50,445 nucleotides of DNA. Source: Thermoplasmata archaeon UBA184. Lineage in GTDB: Archaea > Thermoplasmatota > Thermoplasmata > Lutacidiplasmatales > UBA184. The translations under genes were made by a program, and so were the position numbers. Below the pieces are notes generated by a model that worked only from the letters and a program-made list of their open reading frames with translations, was not told the origin of the DNA and did not search any database. Numbering within the stretch: the first letter of the stretch is position 1; the number at the start of each line of letters is the position of its first letter. This document shows positions 36,556 to 44,970 of the stretch, piece after piece. The stretch is from assembly GCA_002495185.1 (NCBI GenBank), contig DAEB01000044.1, forward strand, positions 32,383 through 82,827. The letters run 5' to 3'.

Positions 36556-37428
36556 TCAGACCTCGGTGATCGTTCCCTCGGGATCGTCCACGACCTGGAG
36601 TCGACCGAAGTGGAATTGATGACCCCGGGTATTCCACGCGCGCCGGAGGAACCGCGCCTGCGCCCACGATTCGCTCCGGGAGAACGCGAGACTTACGTAC
36701 CAGGCCGCGGGGGAGTAGATCAGGATCGACGTCAGGAACAAGGCGGGGTCGAACACGAGGCCGGGAAGGACCTCCACTTCGAGGATGCTTGCGCCTCCGA
36801 CGATGAGCAGCAGCAGGGCGAGCCAGAGGAACGGGAATTCGAGCGAGTCGGTGATCCGCGTTCGGACGCGGCTCACAAGGAAGGGGGCCGCCGGCGCGAT
36901 CAGTACCGCAAGACCGAGCCCCGCGAGCGCTTCGTAGAAGAAGAACCGGACCGGCGCGTCGATCGCGAGGCGAGGAGTGAGGGCGCCGCTCCGCACGACG
37001 AGGATCATGAAGATCAGCTCGAAGCCGAGCGTCACGAGAAGGAGAGCCCCGAACCGCCCCCAGACCTCCTCGGCGGTGTCCGGCCGGGGAGGCGCGCGAA
37101 GGACCACATGGCGGTCCAGTCCCGGGATCTTCGCGATGAGGCCAAGGACTCCGAGAGGCACCCATTCCCCGAGGAAAAGGGAACTGCAGTACGCGACCGC
37201 GTACCAAAGGACGGAGAAGAGCGCGGTCGTGAGCAGCAGGAGGGCGGAGGCGCCGACCAGGCGACCCCCGGTCCATCGTGCTTGGGAGTGGAAGAACAGG
37301 GTCACGAGGAGAATGTACGACACGACCAGGAGGAACGGGACGATCCAGAGGAGGAGGACGGGAACGCGCGGGTTGGGCCCGGGGAGGTTCGGCGAGGACG
37401 TGGCAAGTGTGGGAGGTTCGCCGGTCAC
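36556..37428 (-). CDS. Hypothetical polytopic membrane protein
   Basis: Six to seven hydrophobic helices; ends 50 nt before the cyclase on the same strand. Confidence 0.75.
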   Translation of the reverse strand: MTGEPPTLATSSPNLPGPNPRVPVLLLWIVPFLLVVSYILLVTLFFHSQARWTGGRLVGASALLLLTTALFSVLWYAVAYCSSLFLGEWVPLGVLGLIAKIPGLDRHVVLRAPPRPDTAEEVWGRFGALLLVTLGFELIFMILVVRSGALTPRLAIDAPVRFFFYEALAGLGLAVLIAPAAPFLVSRVRTRITDSLEFPFLWLALLLLIVGGASILEVEVLPGLVFDPALFLTSILIYSPAAWYVSLAFSRSESWAQARFLRRAWNTRGHQFHFGRLQVVDDPEGTITEV

Positions 37429-37494
37429 TGATGCCCCGGGGAAGGGTCCGTCAGGATAAGAGCCCCGAGTGCAGCGGAATCCGCTCGAGCCGGC

Positions 37495-37809
37495 TCACGT
37501 TCGTCGGTGCCCACGGCGTCGGCCGGGGATCCAACCGTGGACGTCGATCCGGACCCGATTCCCCCGGAACGAGACCCCTTCCATCGTCAGCCGGAGCCGC
37601 TGCTCCTCCCCGTCCGCTCCCCGAAGCGAGATCCGACCCCCCGCGCCCACGACCCGGTGCCAAGGGAGGTCGTGCCCGCCTTGAAGTGCCCAGACCGTGA
37701 GGCGGGCCGAACGCGGGTGCCCGGCCGCCTCGGCCACCTGCCCGTACGTGATGACCCGACCGCGGGGCACGCTCCGGATGATTCGACGGAACGCCGCGAG
37801 GGTCGACAC
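37495..37809 (-). CDS. Alkyltransferase-like protein (ATL, MGMT family, non-catalytic)
   Basis: VPRGRVITYGQVA..AG.PRSAR, LPWHRVV (Trp replacing the catalytic Cys of PCHRV), QRLRL..EGV.F; GTG 37809 re-called. Confidence 0.9.
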   Translation of the reverse strand: MSTLAAFRRIIRSVPRGRVITYGQVAEAAGHPRSARLTVWALQGGHDLPWHRVVGAGGRISLRGADGEEQRLRLTMEGVSFRGNRVRIDVHGWIPGRRRGHRRT

Positions 37810-37858
37810 GCCGGGATCCCCGAAGGCTTCCAACCGAGAGAGGAGGAGAGCGGCCCGT

Positions 37859-38314
37859 TCACCCGAGCGCATCGCGCTCGGACCGAAGGTCGATCCCGTG
37901 CTCGACGACCGAGCGCAGGTTCGTGAGGTAGTAGGCCCAGCCCGACTGGATCCCTCCGTAGAGCGCGACCCACTTCTTGCCGGACTTGAACCCGCGATGC
38001 GAGAGCGAGAGTTGCGTACCCTTTCCTCTCTTCGTGAACGTGAACCGGGCCTCGGTCTCGAACACTCTGCCCCGCCCGAATCGGTCGACCCAGAGTAGAT
38101 GGAGCTTCTTCGGCGGGTCCACGGTCTTCACTTTGCCGCGCATCGTGTAGCCCCCCGGCCATGTGAAGCGGAACGTGCCTCCCTTCTTGGCGCGGAACTC
38201 GGCCTTCTCGACAAACCACTTCGAGAGCTCCGTTGGCTCGATGAACTCCGTGAACAGCTTCTCGGGCGGCACGGCGTAGTAGAACGTCTGCTCGATCGGC
38301 GGGATCTTGGCCAT
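37859..38314 (-). CDS. SRPBCC/AHSA1 (START-like) domain protein
   Basis: PPEKLF..F..P.ELSKWF, GGTFRFTW, VDPPKKL..W, LSHRGF, GWAYYLTNLRSVVE; CTTAAG 30 nt upstream. Confidence 0.9.
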   Translation of the reverse strand: MAKIPPIEQTFYYAVPPEKLFTEFIEPTELSKWFVEKAEFRAKKGGTFRFTWPGGYTMRGKVKTVDPPKKLHLLWVDRFGRGRVFETEARFTFTKRGKGTQLSLSHRGFKSGKKWVALYGGIQSGWAYYLTNLRSVVEHGIDLRSERDALG

Positions 38315-38350
38315 GCCGGCTCGAGGAACGCGGCCCCTCTTAAGCAGCGG

Positions 38351-39322
38351 CTATCGACCCGGAGGCGGAGCTCCCGGAACGAGCCGGTCGAACGTCTCGG
38401 GGAAGGAAACGAGTCGGATCATCAGAAGCGCCTCGACCGCTTGGACGCCCGGAAGTCCCCGGAGGAACCCCTCGAGCTCCTCGATCCGTCCGGCCGAGGG
38501 AACGAGAGCGAAGTAGACGGCGACCCGGTCGGGAAGGATCGGCCCGAACGGCGCGCGAACGAACTCGAGCGACTGGGGGAACGCTTTGCGGAACGCGCGG
38601 GAGACGGCTTCGTGGTCCGCGGATTCGTCGAGGCCGACATTGATGCTGAGGACTGGCTGGGCGAGCGCCCGGAAGTCAAGCACGGGAACGAACCAAACCG
38701 CCAGGTCATCCACGAGCTGCCCGTAGCGCGTCGTGATGGTCCGCGTGGAGACCCCGACGTGACGAGCGATGGTGGAGAGAGGATGCGTCGGGTACTGTCG
38801 AAGCACGCGCACGATCCGGAGGTCGAGCGGAGAAAGGTCCCGGGTCGGTTCGAGACGGGCCCAGAGGATCGGGGCACCGACCTCGGAAATCCCGCTCAGC
38901 CCCCGAAGGAGGTCGGTGCGCCGATGGGCCGCGACCTCGTCGGGGACGACGAACTGGGCGCTGACCCATTCCCCGGCGAGGTCGATCCCTCCGACGGCCC
39001 CCTCGATGAGCCGGATCCGCTCGAAGACCTCGTCCTTTCGGAACCGGTCGCTCAAACGGATGTCGACCGTGAAGCCCGTGAGGTCGAAGAGCGCCGGATT
39101 CGGCCAGACGTCGAACCGCTGGAGAAGGCCGTAGCGGGTCCACTCCTTGATCCGGGAGTCGACCCGCGCCCGGCTGACCCCCAGCCGCTGGGCGATCCGG
39201 TTCGCTTTGAGTCGCGGGTCGACCCCGGCGACCGTGACTCCGCCCGAGCGGTACATCTCGCGGAGGATGTCGATGTCGATGTCCGCGGGTCGCGGGATGA
39301 CCGTGTGGGAGGCGTGCGGCAT
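38351..39322 (-). CDS. Tandem (double) Lrp/AsnC-type transcription regulator
   Basis: DIDIDILREM...IAQRLGVSRARVDSRI and LSPLDLRIVRVL...LSTIARHVGVSTRTI; divergent from the MFS gene; ATG 39322 re-called. Confidence 0.85.
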   Translation of the reverse strand: MPHASHTVIPRPADIDIDILREMYRSGGVTVAGVDPRLKANRIAQRLGVSRARVDSRIKEWTRYGLLQRFDVWPNPALFDLTGFTVDIRLSDRFRKDEVFERIRLIEGAVGGIDLAGEWVSAQFVVPDEVAAHRRTDLLRGLSGISEVGAPILWARLEPTRDLSPLDLRIVRVLRQYPTHPLSTIARHVGVSTRTITTRYGQLVDDLAVWFVPVLDFRALAQPVLSINVGLDESADHEAVSRAFRKAFPQSLEFVRAPFGPILPDRVAVYFALVPSAGRIEELEGFLRGLPGVQAVEALLMIRLVSFPETFDRLVPGAPPPGR

Positions 39323-39445
39323 TCCACCCAAGCGGACACTTCCGATGTTTTGAGCTTGACCGCCAAACTCGGAAGCGTCGCACCGGTTCCTTCCAGGAAT
39401 TCGTAACCGGCCGGCACGGGGTTGACGTCCCGAGACGACTATGCG

Positions 39446-41059
39446 ATGGCGATGACCGCCCCGTCCCCTACCTCCGCGCGGAAGAACGAGAGCACGCCCC
39501 CATCCGTCCCATCCGCCCACTCGGGTCGGATCCTCCTCCTGCTCGCCACCGCCGCGCTCCTCGTGAACTTCATCGAGACGATGCTGGTGCCGGCCCTTCC
39601 CCGCCTCGCGACCTTCTTCGGGGACGCCCCTTACACCACGGTCGCATGGGTCCTGTCGGCCTACCTGGTCGTCGGGGTCTGCACCACGCCCGTCTTTGCG
39701 AAACTGGGCGACCTGTACGGAAAGCGCCGAGTGCTCGCCGTGGTCCTCGGAATCTACACGGTCGCGGTCGGGCTTGCTCCCATCACCCCCCAGCTCGGGT
39801 CATTCCTCGGGCTCGGTACGGCCCGGTCGATCTACCTCCTGATCGGCGTCCGCGGCGTCCAAGGGATCGGCCTCGCGATGTTCCCGCTGGCGCTCGCGAT
39901 GGTCGCGGAAAGCCTGCCGCGCGAGAGGGTCGCGCCGGCCCAAGGGCTGATCGCGTCGATGTTTGCGGCGGGCGCCGCCACGGGTCTCGTCGGCGGAGCT
40001 TGGCTCATCCAGACGGCTGGCTGGCAGTGGGCCTACGCGTCCGTCCTGCCGTTCGCCCTCTTGCTCCCCATCCTGGCGGCTCGGTGGCTTCCGGACGGAC
40101 ACACGGGGACCGGAGGAGCGATGGACCTGCCGGGCGCGGGCCTTCTGGGCGCCGCCCTTGCCTCGTTGCTCGTCGGGCTGACGCTCGGCCCGACCTGGGG
40201 GTGGGAGCAGCCCACGGCCCATGAGTTCCTGGGACTGCCGCTGGGGGTCCCTGAGCTCTTCGCCCTCGCGGCGGTGTTCGCGGGGCTGTTCGTTTGGAGA
40301 GAGCTCGTGGCCGACGAGCCAATCATCGACCTGGCTCGACTCCGCCAGCGGAATATCTCGCTGAGCTATCTCGGAGCCCTCCTGGTCGGCCTCGGACTGT
40401 TTACGGCGTTCGTCGTTCTCACGGTCCTGGTCGAGTTCCCGGTCGTAGGCCTGGGCGACAGTGTGCTCGCGTTCGGGCTCGCGAGCGTTCCAACGACCCT
40501 CAGCATGTTCGTCGCGGCCCCCCTGGTCGGTAAGGGGGTCGCTCGCTTCGGGCCGCGTCCGTGGGTGATCACCGGGGCGGTCCTGTCGATCACGGGGTTC
40601 CTCCTGCTCCTGAGCTACCATGCCACGTACCTCCAGCTGGTCGTGGAGGCGGTTCCGACGTTCGTGGGACTCGTCACGGTCCTCGTCTCCGTGACGAACG
40701 TCATCGCCCTCTCCTCTCGACACGGGGAGACGGGGATCCACATGGGTATGACCGAGATGTTCCAGGACCTGGGCGCGAGCGCCGGCCCTGTCCTGGTCGC
40801 CACCTTCCTCGCCACGTACACCCGAACGGTCTCGGTCCCCACGGGCCCCTCGAGCGCCATCGCGCTCACGGTTCCGAGCAGCGCAGCGTTCACCTGGATC
40901 TTCGTCGTGGGCGCTACGGTGGCGGGCCTCCTCGCCGTCATCGGTCTCCTTCTGGAGAGCCACCGACTCACCTCGGGAACACCGACGCACTCCCCCGATA
41001 CCGCGAGCCCCGGCGGAACGGACCCCGGAGCTGCTCGGGCGGCGTTCGTCGAGCCTTGA
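39446..41059 (+). CDS. MFS transporter, 14-TM DHA2 (EmrB/QacA-like)
   Basis: ETMLVPALP, WVLSAYL, AKLGDLYGKRR, RGVQGIG, GWQW, DLPGA, EPIIDL; start 39446 or 39452. Confidence 0.93.
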   Translation: MAMTAPSPTSARKNESTPPSVPSAHSGRILLLLATAALLVNFIETMLVPALPRLATFFGDAPYTTVAWVLSAYLVVGVCTTPVFAKLGDLYGKRRVLAVVLGIYTVAVGLAPITPQLGSFLGLGTARSIYLLIGVRGVQGIGLAMFPLALAMVAESLPRERVAPAQGLIASMFAAGAATGLVGGAWLIQTAGWQWAYASVLPFALLLPILAARWLPDGHTGTGGAMDLPGAGLLGAALASLLVGLTLGPTWGWEQPTAHEFLGLPLGVPELFALAAVFAGLFVWRELVADEPIIDLARLRQRNISLSYLGALLVGLGLFTAFVVLTVLVEFPVVGLGDSVLAFGLASVPTTLSMFVAAPLVGKGVARFGPRPWVITGAVLSITGFLLLLSYHATYLQLVVEAVPTFVGLVTVLVSVTNVIALSSRHGETGIHMGMTEMFQDLGASAGPVLVATFLATYTRTVSVPTGPSSAIALTVPSSAAFTWIFVVGATVAGLLAVIGLLLESHRLTSGTPTHSPDTASPGGTDPGAARAAFVEP

Positions 41060-41104
41060 CCGTGCGCGGCGCCGTACCCTGGCGCGACGAGGGGACCGGG
41101 CGGC

Positions 41105-41503
41105 TTACTCGCCGCCCTCCTCGAAGTACGTCTTCATCGGCGTCCAGTAGAAGTCGTACCATCCCTGGTCGACCCCGTCGCGGAACTTGTCCGGGATTCC
41201 GACGTGATCGACGATCGCTCGGGAACCTTTCCCCTTCGGTTTCAGTTCCAGCCGGAGGACGGAGTAAATCCCCTCGGGCCATTCGCTCGCTCGCCAGGCC
41301 TGGACGATCCGCTTTCCCGGCACGAGCTCAAGGTTGTAGCCGCTGATGTACCCGTCCCCGGCGGTGAAGTACGCGCCTTCCTTCTTGCTCATCTTGGCGG
41401 ACTGGCCCGTGATGCGGGCATGCCGCCGGCTGTCGAGATACGCGTCGTAGACGTCGTTCGGCTTCGCGTTGAACTCCACCTCGTGGTGCACGGGCTTGCA
41501 CAT
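41105..41503 (-). CDS. SRPBCC/AHSA1 domain protein
   Basis: VYDAYLD..H..ITG, GDGYISGYNLELVPGKRIVQAWR..EWP, GWYDFYW; GGAGG upstream of ATG 41503. Confidence 0.92.
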   Translation of the reverse strand: MCKPVHHEVEFNAKPNDVYDAYLDSRRHARITGQSAKMSKKEGAYFTAGDGYISGYNLELVPGKRIVQAWRASEWPEGIYSVLRLELKPKGKGSRAIVDHVGIPDKFRDGVDQGWYDFYWTPMKTYFEEGGE

Positions 41504-41553
41504 GGTCCCTCCCTTCGCGCTCCGTTCCAGCGCCGAGACAGCTAGGTACCAAA

Positions 41554-41579
41554 GATACTTAACCATTTGGTTTAATATC
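41554..41579. promoter_or_regulatory. 12-2-12 imperfect inverted repeat, probable ArsR operator
   Basis: GATACTTAACCA-TT-TGGTTTAATATC (10/12 symmetric) between divergent SRPBCC and ArsR genes. Confidence 0.75.
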
Positions 41580-41592
41580 GGTCGGGGCGAGG

Positions 41593-42033
41593 ATGATGAA
41601 GGCGGGGCGGATGGAGGGACCTCCGGACGACCCGCTCGATCTTCTGTTCTCCGCGCTCTCGGACCGGACCCGTCGTCGCCTGCTCTCTCGGCTCGCCCTC
41701 GGACCCGCGAGCGTGACGGACCTTGCGAAACCGTTCCGGATGAGCCTGCCCGCGGTTTCGAAGCACCTCAAGGTCCTCGAGAGGGCGCATCTGGTGTCCC
41801 GGACCGTCCACGGTCGGGTACACCGCCTCGCGCTGGTCGGGGAGACCCTGGAACAGGTCGAGGCGTGGCTCGATCCGTTCCGCACGTACTGGGCCGGGAC
41901 CCTCGATGAGCTGCGCCACGACCTGAGGGCGTACCCCTCACGTGGCGCCCCTATGCTCCCGGCGAAGGCGCGCCCTCAACGAAGGGGAGGAACGCGGCGT
42001 CGGCCCTTGCGAACTGGGTCCGGGCGCGGTTGA
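41593..42033 (+). CDS. ArsR/SmtB family transcriptional repressor
   Basis: LDLLFSALSDRTRRRLL.RL, SVTDLAKPF.MSLPAVSKHLKVLERA.LV.R...GR. Confidence 0.93.
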   Translation: MMKAGRMEGPPDDPLDLLFSALSDRTRRRLLSRLALGPASVTDLAKPFRMSLPAVSKHLKVLERAHLVSRTVHGRVHRLALVGETLEQVEAWLDPFRTYWAGTLDELRHDLRAYPSRGAPMLPAKARPQRRGGTRRRPLRTGSGRG

Positions 42034-42062
42034 TCCAAACGATCGGGTGACGCCGTCGTGTT

Positions 42063-42293
42063 TCAGGACTTCTTCTCGTCCTCAGAACCCTTGAACCCTT
42101 TCTTGGCGCCCGACCCAAGGCCCTTGAGTCCGCCCACGAGTCCGCGCCCAACCTTCCCTGCGACCTCTCCGGTCTTCTCGGCCACATGGACGGTTTCGGC
42201 GCCGGCCTTCTGGCCCATCGTCACCGGCCGCCCGCACGCCGTACAGCTCTTCGCACCTTCCGCGAGGTCGGCGCCGCACCCTTCGCACTTCAT
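42063..42293 (-). CDS. Small zinc-ribbon protein with amphipathic Gly/Lys-rich tail
   Basis: MKCEGCG...SCTACG followed by KTGEVAGKVGRGLVGGLKGLG. Confidence 0.72.
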   Translation of the reverse strand: MKCEGCGADLAEGAKSCTACGRPVTMGQKAGAETVHVAEKTGEVAGKVGRGLVGGLKGLGSGAKKGFKGSEDEKKS

Positions 42294-42359
42294 GGGGACC
42301 ACTCGGCGAACGAGTCCCAAGGGGGTATTGACCCTTTGGTGACGACGCCGATCGCCCTC

Positions 42360-42857
42360 TCACGAGGAGGTGGCCTTTCCTTCATCCTTCGGTCCGGACG
42401 GGGTCCGGGTGTCCCGGGTCATGGCGAGACCAACCGTCCCAATGACCACCGTGCCGATGTCGGTCGCGAGAAGCGCATCGTACAGGTACCGAATGTCTCC
42501 GCCGTAGTAGGTCACGCCGAACAGGTAGTTCGCCATGTCCATCGCGGAGGCGAACCCGAGCTGCTGATAGGTGAGGATCGCCCCGAGGAGCGCCACCGTG
42601 AGCACGGCGGAGCCGACGATGCCCAGCTTGACGGCGGTCCGAGACCGAAGCACGATCAGAAGGCTCGCTCCCGCGATGTCGGCGATCCCCATCGCCAGCA
42701 CCGCGTACCAGTGGGCGTAGTAGCCGCTCGAAACCATTCCGAATCCCGTCTGGAGGTTCTTGTCGGTCGCCAGCATCAGGATCGAGAGACCCGCGGCAAG
42801 AAGGAATGGCAGGCTGTAGAGTGCCGGAAACACGCTCTTCGCTCGAACACGGTCCAT
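42360..42857 (-). CDS. Hypothetical four-TM membrane protein
   Basis: Four hydrophobic segments; TDKNLQTGFG, YYAHWY, YLFG; GGAG upstream. Confidence 0.75.
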   Translation of the reverse strand: MDRVRAKSVFPALYSLPFLLAAGLSILMLATDKNLQTGFGMVSSGYYAHWYAVLAMGIADIAGASLLIVLRSRTAVKLGIVGSAVLTVALLGAILTYQQLGFASAMDMANYLFGVTYYGGDIRYLYDALLATDIGTVVIGTVGLAMTRDTRTPSGPKDEGKATSS

Positions 42858-43068
42858 GGTGGGGCTCCTTGGCGGGCCAGAGGGACCACAAGCTACCCTG
42901 TTTTTGGTTCAACGACAGAATCGTTTGGTCCAAAGACGCCCGGGAGGTCTCCCTCGACCGATTCGGGAAGCGTTCGTAGCATGCCGTTCCGGCCTCGCCC
43001 GAACGGCCGAGGTCGAATCCCCGGGTTTGGCGCCTGGCGGCCGGAACGTCGAGCGCCGTGCGAAACTA

Positions 43069-43084
43069 TAGCATTTGGATGCTA
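43069..43084. promoter_or_regulatory. Perfect 6-4-6 palindrome TAGCAT-TTGG-ATGCTA in an AT-rich promoter patch
   Basis: Directly upstream of TATTTATTTA (about 43087-43096) and ATG 43120. Confidence 0.55.
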
Positions 43085-43119
43085 GCTATTTATTTACTTC
43101 ATAGTCTACATTGATTGAC

Positions 43120-43365
43120 ATGAGCGAGTACGAGTGGGAGCAGTCGCGAGTGCCGCGGAGGTCGAAGCCGGAGTTTCTCGGGATGTACCATCCTCGGCCG
43201 CATGAGGTCGAGCAGTACGCCGCACTGGAGCATCCGAGAGAGAGCGTCGCCTGGCTCCTTCGGCCGCGGGTTTCGACAGGGCCGACCGGGGTCGCTTCCA
43301 ACGATGAAGAAGCACGGGCCAGGGTCACCCGGCGGCCGGCCCGCGCCGAGGGCGCCCGGGCCTGA
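43120..43365 (+). CDS. Small hypothetical protein
   Basis: ATG about 30 nt after an AT-rich TATA-like element; MYHPRPHEVEQYAALEHPRESVAWLL looks protein-like. Confidence 0.55.
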   Translation: MSEYEWEQSRVPRRSKPEFLGMYHPRPHEVEQYAALEHPRESVAWLLRPRVSTGPTGVASNDEEARARVTRRPARAEGARA

Positions 43366-43379
43366 GATGGTTCGGCTCG

Positions 43380-43919
43380 CTACCGGCGGATCCGCTTCCG
43401 GTGGGGACGAGCCTTGTCCGACGCCCAGACGAGACCACAGCGTCGGGCGAGCCGCCGGTGCTCCGCGGGCGTGATCCATTCGACCTTCAGGTAATCGACC
43501 AGCTGTCGGTTCGTCATCCCGATCCGTCGTCCCTCCTCGATCGTGAGGCGGTACGCCTCGATTTCGGAGGGAGCGTCGACGTAGCTCAGCTTCGGGTAGA
43601 AGAGGGCCTTTCCGGACCGGAACTGCTTCACGTGGCAAAGTTCGTGGACGATGTCGAGGTAGACGGTTCGGAACTCGCTGTCCTTGAGGTGGTGGGAGCT
43701 GATGAGGAGATGCCCGTCGACGTCGCTCGTGCCCATGTACCCGAATCGGGCGGAGAAGAACTCGACCTTGAGGGAGCGGAGGGCTCGCGCGGTCTGCGGT
43801 CCGAACAGCTTGCGGACCGTCGGCACCCCATCGAAGCCCCGGAAGTACCGGAGGAAGGGGTACAGCTTCGAAGGGGCGTTGCGCTCGATTCGGACACCGA
43901 GGTCGGATTCCACGGTCAT
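43380..43919 (-). CDS. Putative HExxH zinc metallopeptidase-like protein
   Basis: LDIVHELCHVKQF followed by Y.DAPSEIEAY (candidate third ligand Glu). Confidence 0.72.
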   Translation of the reverse strand: MTVESDLGVRIERNAPSKLYPFLRYFRGFDGVPTVRKLFGPQTARALRSLKVEFFSARFGYMGTSDVDGHLLISSHHLKDSEFRTVYLDIVHELCHVKQFRSGKALFYPKLSYVDAPSEIEAYRLTIEEGRRIGMTNRQLVDYLKVEWITPAEHRRLARRCGLVWASDKARPHRKRIRR

Positions 43920-44085
43920 GCGCCGGGACCCCTCGAGTGGCTACCGCTCCTAGGTAAAGACCCTTCGGGTGCGCCATCGAGCAAACCCCGTGCCCGCGCG
44001 TGCGTGGAGTTCCCCGATCGCGCCCCGGGGGAGCCCGCGGAAAGCCCTCGAGCCCCCCCTCGGGTGACGGCCGAATGCCGCCCGA

Positions 44086-44661
44086 CTATAGGATCGGCAC
44101 CCCCACCGAGTAGGTGCACCGGAGTGTCATCCCAAAGTTGAGTTCCACAAGGGATGGTGCGGTCGCGATCAGTTCGAGTCCGGGGGCGCACGCTACGCTG
44201 AGCTCCGTTGACGCGTTCACCGAGAAGCTTCCCGTCGAGGCGTTCGAAACGTCGTAGAAACTCGTCCACGGAAACACGGCGGTCGACACCAGCTCGAGAC
44301 TCCCCAACTCCGCGCCTCCCGTCGTGAACCAGGAGAACGCGAATGAACGGTCGGAGGAGAGGTTCGCATCGGACCTCGCTTGTCCGCACAGACGGACCAC
44401 GTTTCCCGAAATCCCGAAGGTCGTTCCGCTCGGCCCCACAGGAAGATGGTATTCGAAGGTGGTCGTCCGAACTCGCTCCGCAGTACCGATGGGAACGAGA
44501 GTCAGCACGACGAACACTACCACGATGACCGCCACAACGATCGCGAGGCGCATTCCGACCCTCCTGCGCTTCGTGCGGTCCGACGGAGGACGGACTGGCA
44601 GGGTGGGGGCGATGGCCGGTCGCGCTCCCGGGGGGCTCGGTTCTTGGTGGGAGGACGACAT
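44086..44661 (-). CDS. Membrane-anchored extracellular hypothetical protein
   Basis: KRRR then IVVAVIVVVFVVLTLVPI signal-anchor; Ser/Thr-rich beta domain with N-x-S sequons. Confidence 0.65.
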   Translation of the reverse strand: MSSSHQEPSPPGARPAIAPTLPVRPPSDRTKRRRVGMRLAIVVAVIVVVFVVLTLVPIGTAERVRTTTFEYHLPVGPSGTTFGISGNVVRLCGQARSDANLSSDRSFAFSWFTTGGAELGSLELVSTAVFPWTSFYDVSNASTGSFSVNASTELSVACAPGLELIATAPSLVELNFGMTLRCTYSVGVPIL

Positions 44662-44970
44662 GAGCCGTTGCGACCAGCGGTTCGACGACCATTACTGTTG
44701 GGTTCGCGCTCCTCGTTCGCGGCGCGGCTCGGCCCCGTCCGGTCTGGCCCCCCTACGGGCAACTCGGCAGCGTGAAGGGCCCTATCGCAGACCTAGTTAC
44801 CAAGGTCCCCCGGACCCACTTCTTTATGAACCGGAACGACAGCATTTAGATACCGGCGAATGCCGGGTATGCGTATAAGTACGGAGTCGAACGACCAGGT
44901 CGCTCGGCGCCTTGCCGCGTCGGGTCTCTGCCCGCTCCCAAGTCCTGAGCAGGTCGGATAGCTGGGGATC

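Noticed and set aside
41504-41566. MVKY... N-terminal extension of the SRPBCC gene in the ORF track
   Set aside because: That ATG lies inside the operator palindrome; ATG 41503 has a GGAGG site and matches the domain start
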